Assembly: GCA_030141605.1 (NCBI GenBank)
Contig: JAQGDQ010000034.1
Location: 868,001-932,000 of the forward strand
From: Tubiluchus corallicola
Taxonomy: Eukaryota > Animalia > Priapulida
Length of the DNA: 64,000 bases
Direction: 5' to 3'
Positions 12,901 to 22,312 of the stretch are shown here, piece after piece. The notes below the pieces were generated by a model, which searched no databases, was not told where the DNA came from, and saw only the letters and a program-made list of their open reading frames with translations. The translations under genes were made by a program, and so were the position numbers. The number at the start of each line of letters is the position of its first letter. Position 1 is the stretch's first letter.

Positions 12901-15900
12901 TGCGTACAAAAAGGCGCATTTTTTGTACTTTTACTCACTCACTTTATAAGTGGGCTCAATGTTGTTTAACTTTTACAGCAGAATATGCACTGTGACCACT
13001 TTGTAACTCTTATTGTTTTATATGATAATAGGACTTTATCTTAAAAAAAGTAGGTTCTTAATCTTGACAGGCTTGACTCGGTTATTGTTATTCTTCGTTC
13101 ACTACGAGCCATTAATTTTTTTTATTGTTAAATTAAATATTTGCATTTACTGATTAAAAATAGAAACAACCACTTTATTGATGACGATTTTTTTACGAAC
13201 TGTTTAAACAGTCCTTTTAAATACCTTTTATAAATAAATAAATTTCATAAGTATCTTTATTTTTCAGACAAAACAGCTGTGGGTCCTGGTTATGCAAGCG
13301 ACTGGGAGGTGGCGTTTCTCAAGAGAACAGGTAACGCCTTGGCGGCCGGCTACCTGAGCGATAACGAAGACGCCGTAGCCAACAACATGAGTCAGTACAG
13401 ACCTGGCTTCTTGCCACCTGTGAATCATGTGACCAGCTTGCCGGATGTGGCTTCGAGTGCGACAATTCCGCTGACCGTGCGGCAGCAGAAGTTTTTGACC
13501 GCTGATGAACGAGTGAAGGACATAGAAAATAGTATCAGGTAAATTATCAGTAACGATGCTGCCACTTTGACGGCTTTTGATATTCGCTTGTATGGTGATC
13601 ATAACTGCACTTTCTTTTATGTTGCCCCAACTGTTATAGTATACTAGTTCAGGCTCATAAAATGTCAGTTTGTTTGGTCTGTTTGTCTGTCCGTGTGATT
13701 TAACTTCGTCTGTAATGCTTTTTTAATGCCCGGCTGTAGAGAGCGCTTGCAGTATGGATAGGGTTTTACAATAGTAAGTACTTGTCATTTTCTGTTTTTT
13801 TAGAAATTTGTTGACTCGTGATTGCATTTTATCATTCATAGTTTTCATGTCATGACTTACGAAAATTTTCTAAATGAACGCCTTCATTATTTTTGTGCAT
13901 AACAGTCAAGCGTAACCTAATTTTTTTATTCAATGAATAAATCACGGAATAGTATCTTATTAACACTCAAGTTCTGCTAACATACTTGACTGTTGGTTTA
14001 GTAGTTGTTGGTAGCATTTGCTGGTTTGAAGGTGCAAAAATGTTCAACTGCCTTATTCCATGGAACTTTGATTGACAGCTGTGGATCTGTGTTTTTGGTA
14101 ATTCAGCATTGTGCTACTGTACTTTACTTACTTGAAAATGGTTATCGTGTTGATAAAGCCACTTTGAGCCTTTATTATTTTATATTAGCAATAGCGATGA
14201 AACATTAGTAATAATTAATTCGTTTTCCCTTCTGAATTAGGCGGATACATGGAAATCTTATTGTACAAAATGCCGATGTAAAAACGCAAAGCGAGCCACT
14301 GATTGGTAAAACTCCGGAGAAGAAATCTCTAGCAGATGGACCTGATGCACATTCGTCGCCTTATTTGTACAGGTGCATATACCTGTAATACATTTTAATT
14401 AGATTAAAATCTTATCGGCAAGAAGCATAGCTTAGTACAGTTTTCCTAGTTTTTCATTAAAGTTTTCTGATATAGTCACTAGGGGTGGGCATCAGTAAGC
14501 AAATTCAAATCGAATCAATTTCAGTTTTAAAAATTTTCAAATCAAATAAAAAGCAGTCGTCCAAAGGTTATGCATATTGTTTGATTTTGCTCTGCAGTAA
14601 AAACACCGACAATTTGTTTAAAAATAGTGTACAATGACTGCACTAAATCGTGCTGATTGTGTGGTGTGTAAAACTTTCTAACGATAAAGAACGTATGTAG
14701 TTGAGGTGGCGAATTAATCAAATTCATAATTTTAGGCTCTAATTGAATTCGAATTAAAAACTATTTCGTATTGTATATGAATAAATTCTCATCGAATCGA
14801 ATTCGAACGTTCGATTGCTCACTGCTGATATTCAGCCAAAGTTATAGCATTGGAACAGCAGAAGAGCTTTTGCATAGCCATCAATAAACACGTAATGCCT
14901 GTTTGCAACTGTGTGTGAGCATCTGATGTTGACATTGATTCCACGTGCCACGGTTATTTTCAGGCGTGGCGATGGCAAAGAGAACGGTCACGTCGACCGA
15001 CCTCACCAGGATCACACAAGCGAAGAGGCGAAACACAGAAAGTTTGCCAACGTGCCCGACGTGCCGATGAACATAAAACCCGGCATTGCTCTGTGTCGCA
15101 CTGTGCACAAATCTGACTGGAGAAAGGAATTGGAAAGACAAGATAGAGAACGACAAGAAAGAGAACGACTGGCAAGTGCTTTTTTCTATAGTTTTCTTAA
15201 AGCAAAACTGGACTCAATCTTAAACTGTAGTTCAAAACAAACTACTCTTTAAAATATTGAAAGGAAACATAACTATTTTTCAAGAATGACTTACGCGAAA
15301 TAATTATTGCCCCAGAAATGTAATTTCACGTATGCACGGATAGTTGTTCACTGTTACGTCCATTTTGTCACTCACTACTTAAATGGGCACTAGTACCCGC
15401 ATCTCGGAAACGCTTTGCACAAAAACAGATGTTGTATCTTTCAGTTCAAAGTCATAAGTTTGTAACGCAGTGTACGACGCATTCAACAACAGGTTTTGTT
15501 TAATATACCAAATGTTATACAGTAGTAGTGTACTTCAATTTTCGCTTTTCGCAAACACGTAAAACATGCTTATTGAATGTTAGTGCTGCTAAAAATTATG
15601 TTCAGTTGTGGTGTCATCACTTGTTGGGCTCACCCACCGTTAATTAAGTTTTTATAACCAACTATTGTTTTGACATTGTAGGTGTTAATATGTATACTTT
15701 TGCCATACTTCACCATGAGGTAGGATATGAAAAAACATCACGTTTTCTCTTAAGTATTTGTACTTTGCAAATTCTTTAGCAACTTGGAAATTATATAATT
15801 GCGAAGACTTGGTGCATTTCTGATTGGCTCATTGGCTTCTGATTTACAGGCTAAGCAGAACCCGTACCATGTGAAGCCACAAAACAACCTTTTAGATGGA

Positions 15901-18900
15901 CCTCAATTTGCACGCATGCATTTATACCGGACGCCACCAAAGCAGAAAACACCATCCATATCTTCTGGGTCATCTTCAGATGGAAGGCGTCCTCCTGGAT
16001 TGCCGATGTCACCTCGTACAAAAGCTCAGCGGTCAGCCACTTCTCCCACTAGATCTGGGCAACGGTCACCACATCGGTCTCCTCCGGGGAGCGTCGTTAA
16101 CGACCGGCTAGCCATGTACAACGAAGTCCATCCGAGAAGGCTGTCTCCGCAAGAATTACGCGACGTGGCGCTCCGGTATCATTCTAGCGTCGCCTCTGAC
16201 CGATCACGCAAGAGTCACAGCAGTGCTGGCTCTGCTGACCATAGAGCAAGTGAAAAGCCTAAAAGTGGCTTGGATCGACACCGCTTCTTGCGCAGAGATG
16301 TACCTGATGGAAAATCAATCGATCACGATGCAGAGGAGGTTTGCGTGAGAAAAGGTTCTGATTTGACAAAGCATCAGCGGGAACTTACTGTACGCAACAG
16401 CGTGACGTCATCCGATGGTTACTCGCCGCATGAGTCGATGACGTCATCGCTGTCTCAACACAACGACAGCAGTCAGCTGTCATCTCCTAGTGTGAGCGCC
16501 TCTCCAATGCCTAATGGCCATGCTCCAACTGTTCTCATCTCTGACAGTGCACACGTACCATCCGGCCACAACCCTAGCAAGATGGCTTCCCATTCCAGAG
16601 GTTTGTCTCCAAATCAAGTGCTTTCCTACCGTCCATCGCTTGGTCCACCTCCTTATCCTCGTTTGTCGATGCCCGTTTCTCCAGGGTTTCCTGGCCTCTC
16701 TGGGCGGGTACCTCCTCCTTCGCCTGCCTCAAATGTAAACTCTCCAGCTACACATCCAGCAGCATACTACCCGTCTCCTTTAGCCGATAATAGTGCTCTT
16801 GTTGAAAGACCCAAAATGTACAGCGGCCGACAGATTGAGACGGGGTCCGTGAAGTCTACAACAAGTGAAGAGGCTAAAACTTCCCTACAAACTGGCACTG
16901 GCATCAAAAGCAATGCAGAAAACACTTATGTAAATAACGTTACTGAAATGAATAATTTGAACTCTTGTTTATATCCAAAGAACGTTACCAACAAAAACAA
17001 CAACAACAACAACTTGTACGTAAACAGAGAGCAGTCGAGTCATATTGGAGACGTGAAAAACGCACGACGGTCGACGGAAATACCATTCATAGACAGTGAT
17101 GACGAGATCTCAAGCAACGATATCAAACGTGTAAATATATCTTCTCATTCGCTGCAGCATTTAGCCACGCCTCCACACGTGCCGCCGAAACCGGATCATC
17201 TAAAACAGTCGTTTCCTGAAAGGTAAGAGTTTATAATATAAATGTTCAGCAGTTTATCGAACGTTAGTAATGTTTTTTAATTAGTGCCATTTATTCAGAA
17301 GTATAATGCCACCTTTCGTCCCTCCTCAAGTGATGTCCGGTGCCAATAAGATCTTAATCAAATGCAGTCAAATCTCTTTATACCATGGGTGTGCAAATTA
17401 TCTGACTAGCCGGGCCACATTAAACATTCCCACAATTCCTGTGGGCCACATGCAGTTTGGTCAAGGAGCCGAGTAAAGTAGGACCTAATAATGATTTTTC
17501 TGCATCTGATCTGTCACATCATTACTACTGCATACTACACTCAAAAAACTATTTTAGAAATTATTAAAATTTATATTAAAAACCAAATATTTCGTCATGT
17601 CCGACAGTGACATTAAGTGACAACGGTCTTGTAAGGGTTAATGCCATCCGATTTAGAGGAAAAAACTACCCGCACTATCTTTGCGATATTGGCGCAGACT
17701 TCAGCTAGATCGCGTGGGCCACACTTTCATTACGTTGACAAACCTCTTCGCGGGCCGCACAAGATCTCTCGGCGGGTCGCAAGTGGCCCTCGGGCCGCAG
17801 TTTGCACACCCCTGCTTTATACCATCTACTGTGGGACTGCAAAAAACTTGATGTCAAGAGAGTATGGCATTATAGTCTATGCAAATATAAACATTTTGTC
17901 ATGCCGTAAATATGGATGTTAAGCGACGTTGGAGTTATAAATAGAGTTTGACTGTAATACAAACTTGTATCTTGATGATGATAATACAGACAATTAATTT
18001 AAAAACCAAACAATTAGGAAACAAGGAAAACAGCTTTTTAAACTAGTACTGTAGTTTATCTTCAGTGGAGAGAATGGAAAAAACATAAAAGTAACTACAC
18101 GGTAACTATAACATCACATGTGAAGCGCCAGTATTACAAGCAAAATTTCAAGGCTTTACGCATTGCCATAAAATTGTATATAAAACGAATGTTCACCATC
18201 AAGTGAAAAAGGTGACTATAATTTGTCAATATTTAAAACGAGTTTTCATTAAATGATATAGTTAAGCAGTCGCTTGCTATATTATAATGGCAACATATTT
18301 GCAGGGCTAATAATCCTAGAACATCTTGGCAAAATCCCAGAACGTTTTCCGGTCCTGTAGCTTACCAAAATGAGACGTATTTGGACTTCGATCAACTTCT
18401 ACCGACAGATGACTCTAGCGCAGCAATGGATCAGACATGGGACTACCGTGGAAACGAACGTAACCATCATGCATCAGAATATCGGTCGCATCCAGACAGC
18501 CTCGGCAGAAAAGAGCAGAATTCTTTATCTACATCTCAGGATTGTGTGGGGTTCAATCAAAAGCAGTTTTTGCAAATTGTAAGTGTTTCCAATTATTGTT
18601 TTCACAGTTTTTCAAATTCGTCGCAACTACGTACTTTATTTATGAAACAATAAGCCTTTTCACAGTTCCAGTGATTGATGGTGATCGTGAAAATGTCAAA
18701 GGTTAAGTGAACCAGACGACACATTCGTCTACACTTTTGACAACACCTCACAGTCCATGCTATTCTTATAGTAACAGTTTCAACGGCAAGCTAGAACCTT
18801 ACCTAGTTCATTTTTTCTTGTTCCCAAGCATTATGTTTATGTTAAACCAAGATTCTGCTAGTGGATCACTCTATGCACAGACTAATGCATAATTAAGTAA

Positions 18901-21463
18901 GTCCACGTAAAACAACTGAAGTTACTGAACTGATGTGGCGGACAGCTTTGCTTTACCCACATGTCAGCATGTCGGAAGTGTGAAAAGGCTTACAGATATT
19001 CGATTTATTTATCAAACAATTAAATGTATGATACTTTCCGCCGATAGTACTTGTCAACAGTTTCTTTAGCAAAATGAAATACCTCACACACAAAACGTCA
19101 TTTTATAGTCAACCTTGGGTATAAGGTACTCGCTTACAAGAGACACTCGCTTATAAGGGACCACCAACACTGGTCCCGATTTTTCGTAACCTTTTTCCTG
19201 CGTAAAAATCTTCGTATATAAGGTACTCGGATATAATGGACTTTCGGTTATAAGGGACGATATCTTTAGGTCCCGCATAATAGAAACTCAGGTAAATTAC
19301 CTCGCATATAAAGGACCGTACGATCAAAGCGAAATTGATTGTTTTTTAACCCCAATTTTTTGCAAACTCGGCCTTCGAGCAGCTTGGTTTCCACGGTCAC
19401 ATACATCTCGCATCACTGAAGGAGCTTCCGACATACCGTTTACACTGAATATGTAGCAATAATCCATAAAAATGTGAGCAAAAGAACAGAACATTACAGG
19501 CCTAGGTCTAGGCCCTCGGTCTGACTCAACTTCGGCTGTAAGGGACGTTTTTCCGGTCCCGAGGTGTCCCTTATATCTGAGGTTGACTGTACTAACGAAA
19601 AGCATAAAAACTAGGACATGATATTTCATTTAATCAACTTTCTTTTGTCTTTCTCTCCAAACATACACTTTGTTAAGTACAAAATTAAATATATAATTAT
19701 ACAGTGTAAATAATGTTTTATCACTTTTATGCATTATTTACCGATCTTGTCTGTAATTGCAGTTGCCCGTTTTGATACGAAAGAATCCCGGCCTGGGTTT
19801 CAGCATTTGTGGAGGAGCTGATGCTGTCGGCAATCCGTTCCGGGCTAATGATACAGTAAGTGGCCGCCGTAATATTTTCAGTGAAACTGATATTCGTTTT
19901 AAAAGTAGGCATGATGCATTTTAACATCTGGAGTACTGCTATGGCTTTACCGTTGTAAGAATTTCATTACTGTTTCAGGGTATATTTGTGACCAAGGTTC
20001 AACCTAATGGACCAGCTAGCTTGGCTTTAAGAAGTGGAGACAAAATTATAGAGGTACTAAAGAAGTTTTTGAGTATAAAATCGAAATAAGGAAGTCACAT
20101 TCACTCCCAAAATATCACCATTAGATACCCCCATTTTGAATAAATATTACATTGTACTTTGTACCTTGTAGATTACCTGAGCCAATCAGAGAAATTTATG
20201 CTCTGTAATTAAACAGCGTGTAAGAACTATTTGATTTAGAGGCCGAACTTTGTGGCAAATTCGTGTCAGCAATTATGAAAATTGCACTCGCCGTGTTGTT
20301 GTTAACATTTACTTTTTTCTAACTCCGTGACAATTTTTGTAATGTTATTGATGGACTATAATGTTAAATTTGTCAATAAAATACTGCTGCTGCTACTACA
20401 TTCCCAGCTTCTAGGAATCAACATATTAAGCATAAAAGATAATTTCGACTGTAACAGTCACTGTCAGTACTATAAATTAAGCCAAAAAGCAATAATTAGT
20501 ACGTTGATGATACTGAAATACTAAGGCACAAAATATCATTACAAATCAAAAGAGTAGAATTTTAAAAATGGCAAAATAAGCCGGATATAACTAGAAGAAA
20601 TTGCAAAAAAATGTTAAAATTTGTATTTTTTATATGAGAAAAGATTACAACACAATAAACAGTTAATTTAACTCTACATAATGAAGAGCCACATTTGAAT
20701 GACGTTGTATGTCTTAGTACAGTCAACCTCGGATATAAGGGACACCTCGGGACCCATCCCTTATAGCCGCAGTTGAGTCAGACCGAGGGTGTATCTAGAC
20801 CTGTACTTTTCTGAACTTTTGCCCATATTTTTATGGATTATTGCTGCACATTCAGCGCAAACGGTATGTCGGAAGCTCCTTCAGTGATGCGAGATGCATG
20901 TGAGCACGGAAACCGGGTTGTTTGAAAGCCGAGTTTGCAAAAAATTGAGGTTAAAAATCAATCAATTTCGCTTTTATCATAGGGTCCCTTATAGGAAATT
21001 TACCTAGGTTTCTATTACGCGGGACCTGAAGATTTCGTCCCTTATAACCGAAAGTCCCTTATATCCGAGTACCTCACATATACGAAGATTTTGATAAGGA
21101 AAAACGTTACAAAAAATCTGTACCGGTGTTGGTGGTCCCTTATAAACGAATGTCCCTTATAAGCGAGTACCTTATACCCGAGGTTGACTGTATTGACGTT
21201 AACTGAAACAGTCAAGACAATTATCTACATTCAGTAAATATATTAATTTGTTTGTGGTTCGGTTCAGTTTAGCTTCACGGTGCTTAGATACATCGCCTTG
21301 CGTGTACTTGCAGTTCTGGGATTGCAGTTTAGTTTATAAACGTCAATATTTTCTTTTTTAGTTAAACGGAGAAGATATGAGGAACGTCACCCACAACGAA
21401 GCCGTAACGAGATTGAAGACTTGCGGGGGAAATGTGTCTATGTTTGTTGAACGCGTTACGTGA
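698..21463 (+). CDS. ERBIN: LAP-family LRR+PDZ protein (Erbin/Densin-180 [LRRC7]-like), 5'-partial, 22 exons in window
   Basis: Exons: 698-787, 1139-1259, 1795-1869, 3930-4074, 4769-4841, 5424-5553, 6373-6558, 7830-7929, 8087-8190, 8660-8812, 9563-9721, 9974-10027, 10670-10827, 11013-11128, 13268-13538, 14241-14372, 14964-15171, 15850-17222, 18305-18578, 19763-19855, 19979-20053, 21362-21463 (TGA). Phases are consistent (4192 nt = 1+1397 codons). LRRs ([31 protein letters not shown]...), LAPSD ([15 protein letters not shown]...[10 protein letters not shown]), Erbin/Densin-like motifs [11 protein letters not shown] and PTPYPKE, and one C-terminal PDZ ([34 protein letters not shown]). A single PDZ excludes Scribble. 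Probably the co-ortholog of ERBIN and LRRC7. The N-terminal exons lie upstream of the window. Confidence 0.93.
898..994. repeat. (GA)n microsatellite
   Basis: About 48 nearly perfect GA units. Confidence 0.98.
2998..3820. mobile_element. Tc1/mariner-type MITE (TIR CAGTCAAACCTC, TA TSD) interrupted by a hAT element
   Basis: TA|CAGTCAAACCTCGTTATA at 2998. The right TIR TATAAAGAGGTTTGAC..TG|TA is split by the insertion at 3184-3810. Confidence 0.75.
3184..3810 (-). mobile_element. hAT transposon deletion derivative retaining the hATC dimerisation domain
   Basis: Ends CAGGGCC...GGGCCTG, perfect 8-bp TSD GGTTTGAC (3176-3183 / 3811-3818). ORF 3427-3645(-) [44 protein letters not shown] matches the hATC consensus. 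Confidence 0.88.
4140..4540. mobile_element. Old foldback/MITE-like imperfect palindrome
   Basis: Arms ATGCAATAA..TTTTGGACATTTCGGATGTCCTA and TAGGACAGCTGAAACGTTTAAAA..TTATTGCAT are imperfect reverse complements. Confidence 0.5.
5760..5960 (+). mobile_element. L2/CR1-type LINE 3' fragment
   Basis: Frameshifted [31 protein letters not shown], typical of the ORF2 C-terminus. Confidence 0.55.
8451..8522 (+). pseudogene. tRNA-derived sequence (tRNA-Gly-like pseudogene or SINE head)
   Basis: A-box TGGTGTAATAGTTAGCA, anticodon arm GCTGC-TTGGAAA-GCAG, degenerate B-box GGGCTCGAGTCC, acceptor TCTTA/TAAGA. The body resembles eukaryotic tRNA-Gly. Confidence 0.6.
11176..11583. mobile_element. Tc1/mariner (pogo-like) MITE
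   Basis: TA|CAGTAGGCGCCGCTTAATAGACTC ... GAGTCTATTAAGCTTCGCCTACTG|TA. A related partial copy lies at about 53200-53346. Confidence 0.8.
11877..12801. repeat. 23-bp minisatellite, about 40 copies
   Basis: Unit AGTTAT(C/T)TCTTGATTATCTCATT, highly homogeneous. Confidence 0.97.
14480..14827. mobile_element. MITE family with TAGGGGTG(A/G)GCA termini (hAT-like); other copies at 36147-36389 and 42286-42538
   Basis: Shared termini and CGAATTCGAA subterminal motifs in three copies; imperfect 8-bp TSD here (ATAGTCAC/ATATTCAG). Confidence 0.65.
15261..15749. mobile_element. Kolobok-like non-autonomous DNA element; other copies at about 48301-48829 (inverted), 58306-58716, partial about 44810-45120
   Basis: TTAA-like flanks with AGGAAACAT.../...TTCCT ends. 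Internal blocks CTTCAATTTTCGCTTTT, AAAATTATGTT and CTCACCCACC are shared with the copy at 58.3 kb. Confidence 0.55.
17365..17954. mobile_element. Tc1/mariner-type MITE (CAGTCAAA.CTCT TIR) hosting a hAT MITE
   Basis: CAGTCAAATCTCTTTATA at 17365 and TATAAATAGAGTTTGACTG|TA at about 17954. The TIR is related to the element at 2998. Confidence 0.65.
17384..17814. mobile_element. hAT MITE (TIR CAGGGGTGTGCAAA)
   Basis: Perfect 8-bp TSD CTTTATAC (17376-17383 / 17815-17822); homologous to 54686-55156 in opposite orientation. Confidence 0.92.
18651..18992. mobile_element. MITE with TIR TAAGCCTTTTCACA; second copy at 35460-35839
   Basis: TIRs at both ends; about 250 nt aligns with the reverse complement of 35600-35839. 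Confidence 0.8.
19106..19589 (-). mobile_element. Tc1/mariner MITE (TIR CAGTCAACCTCGG), copy 1
   Basis: TA TSD, TIRs, internal TATAAGGGAC repeats; reverse-complement homolog of 20720-21190. Confidence 0.9.
20720..21190 (+). mobile_element. Tc1/mariner MITE (TIR CAGTCAACCTCGG), copy 2
   Basis: TA|CAGTCAACCTCGGATATAAGGGAC ... CCTTATACCCGAGGTTGACTG|TA. Confidence 0.9.
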
Positions 21464-22025
21464 CAGCATTTTGGAAACACTGTAATCTTCCACATAATGT
21501 ATATTTGAAGCATTTGATTGGCACGAAAATGCTGTGTCATAGAGGTTGTAAAAAGTGACTGCACATCCAAAAGAAAAAGATGAGACTATGTGCCCAGTCC
21601 CACGCATTGTTTGATATCGGTGTGGGTAAATAAGACAGTTCAAGCATTTGTACAACATTAGGCTATTAAACATGGTGTTAACTGATGCACTACGTCAGAT
21701 GTGGAAAAAAGTTTATTTCTAAGAAAGTTTATTACTAATATCATGAAAATAATTATGCAGACCCTTAATATGTTTACGACTGCTTTAGCTGAATAACTGA
21801 ATATTAATCATGTTAAAATGAAATAATTGAAGCTTTGGATATGTTCCACTAGATTTTTGTTTAAATCGCTGACATTCTTGAAAATTAATTTATGATTTTT
21901 GTATATTTTAAATTCAACGAACTGCTAGCAGATGATAATTTATTACTAGCAGAAAAAAGCCAGAAGGCGTTTTAAATGTTGGTTAGCTATATTGTAAAAT
22001 GTTACTGTAGATTTGACGCAAATCT

Positions 22026-22031
22026 AATAAA
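22026..22031 (+). terminator. Candidate polyadenylation signal (AATAAA) of the LAP gene
   Basis: AATAAA about 560 nt after the stop codon, followed by a T-rich tract. Confidence 0.45.
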
Positions 22032-22150
22032 ATATTGTACTTTTTGGCAAACAGTATTTTTTATCTTTTACTGATAAGTAAACTTCCGATGATACAATTT
22101 TAAGATATCTTTGTGTGACAAAAGCAAGAAATGGTGCCCACTAATTCATG

Positions 22151-22156
22151 TTTATT
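22151..22156 (-). terminator. Candidate polyadenylation signal (AATAAA) of MRPL45
   Basis: TTTATT on the + strand about 160 nt beyond the MRPL45 stop. Confidence 0.5.
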
Positions 22157-22312
22157 ACCAGAGCAAATTCATAAACAATATGAAGCCTTGAATGAAGAAC
22201 GTATTTGAAAAAGCAAGTAACCCTTCTTGGCTATCATTAATTATGTGATCATTGGTTAAAATTACAAAAGAAACGATCATCACAACAGAAGAGGTGATGC
22301 TAATAGTTTATG

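Noticed and set aside
15799-17226. 475-aa ORF as a stand-alone gene
   Set aside because: It is the large internal exon (15850-17222) of the LAP gene, with a valid acceptor, donor and phase.
18666-18705. Apparent extra LAP exon after CACAG ([10 protein letters not shown]...)
   Set aside because: It is the end of a MITE that also occurs at 35460-35839, and the gene phases close without it.
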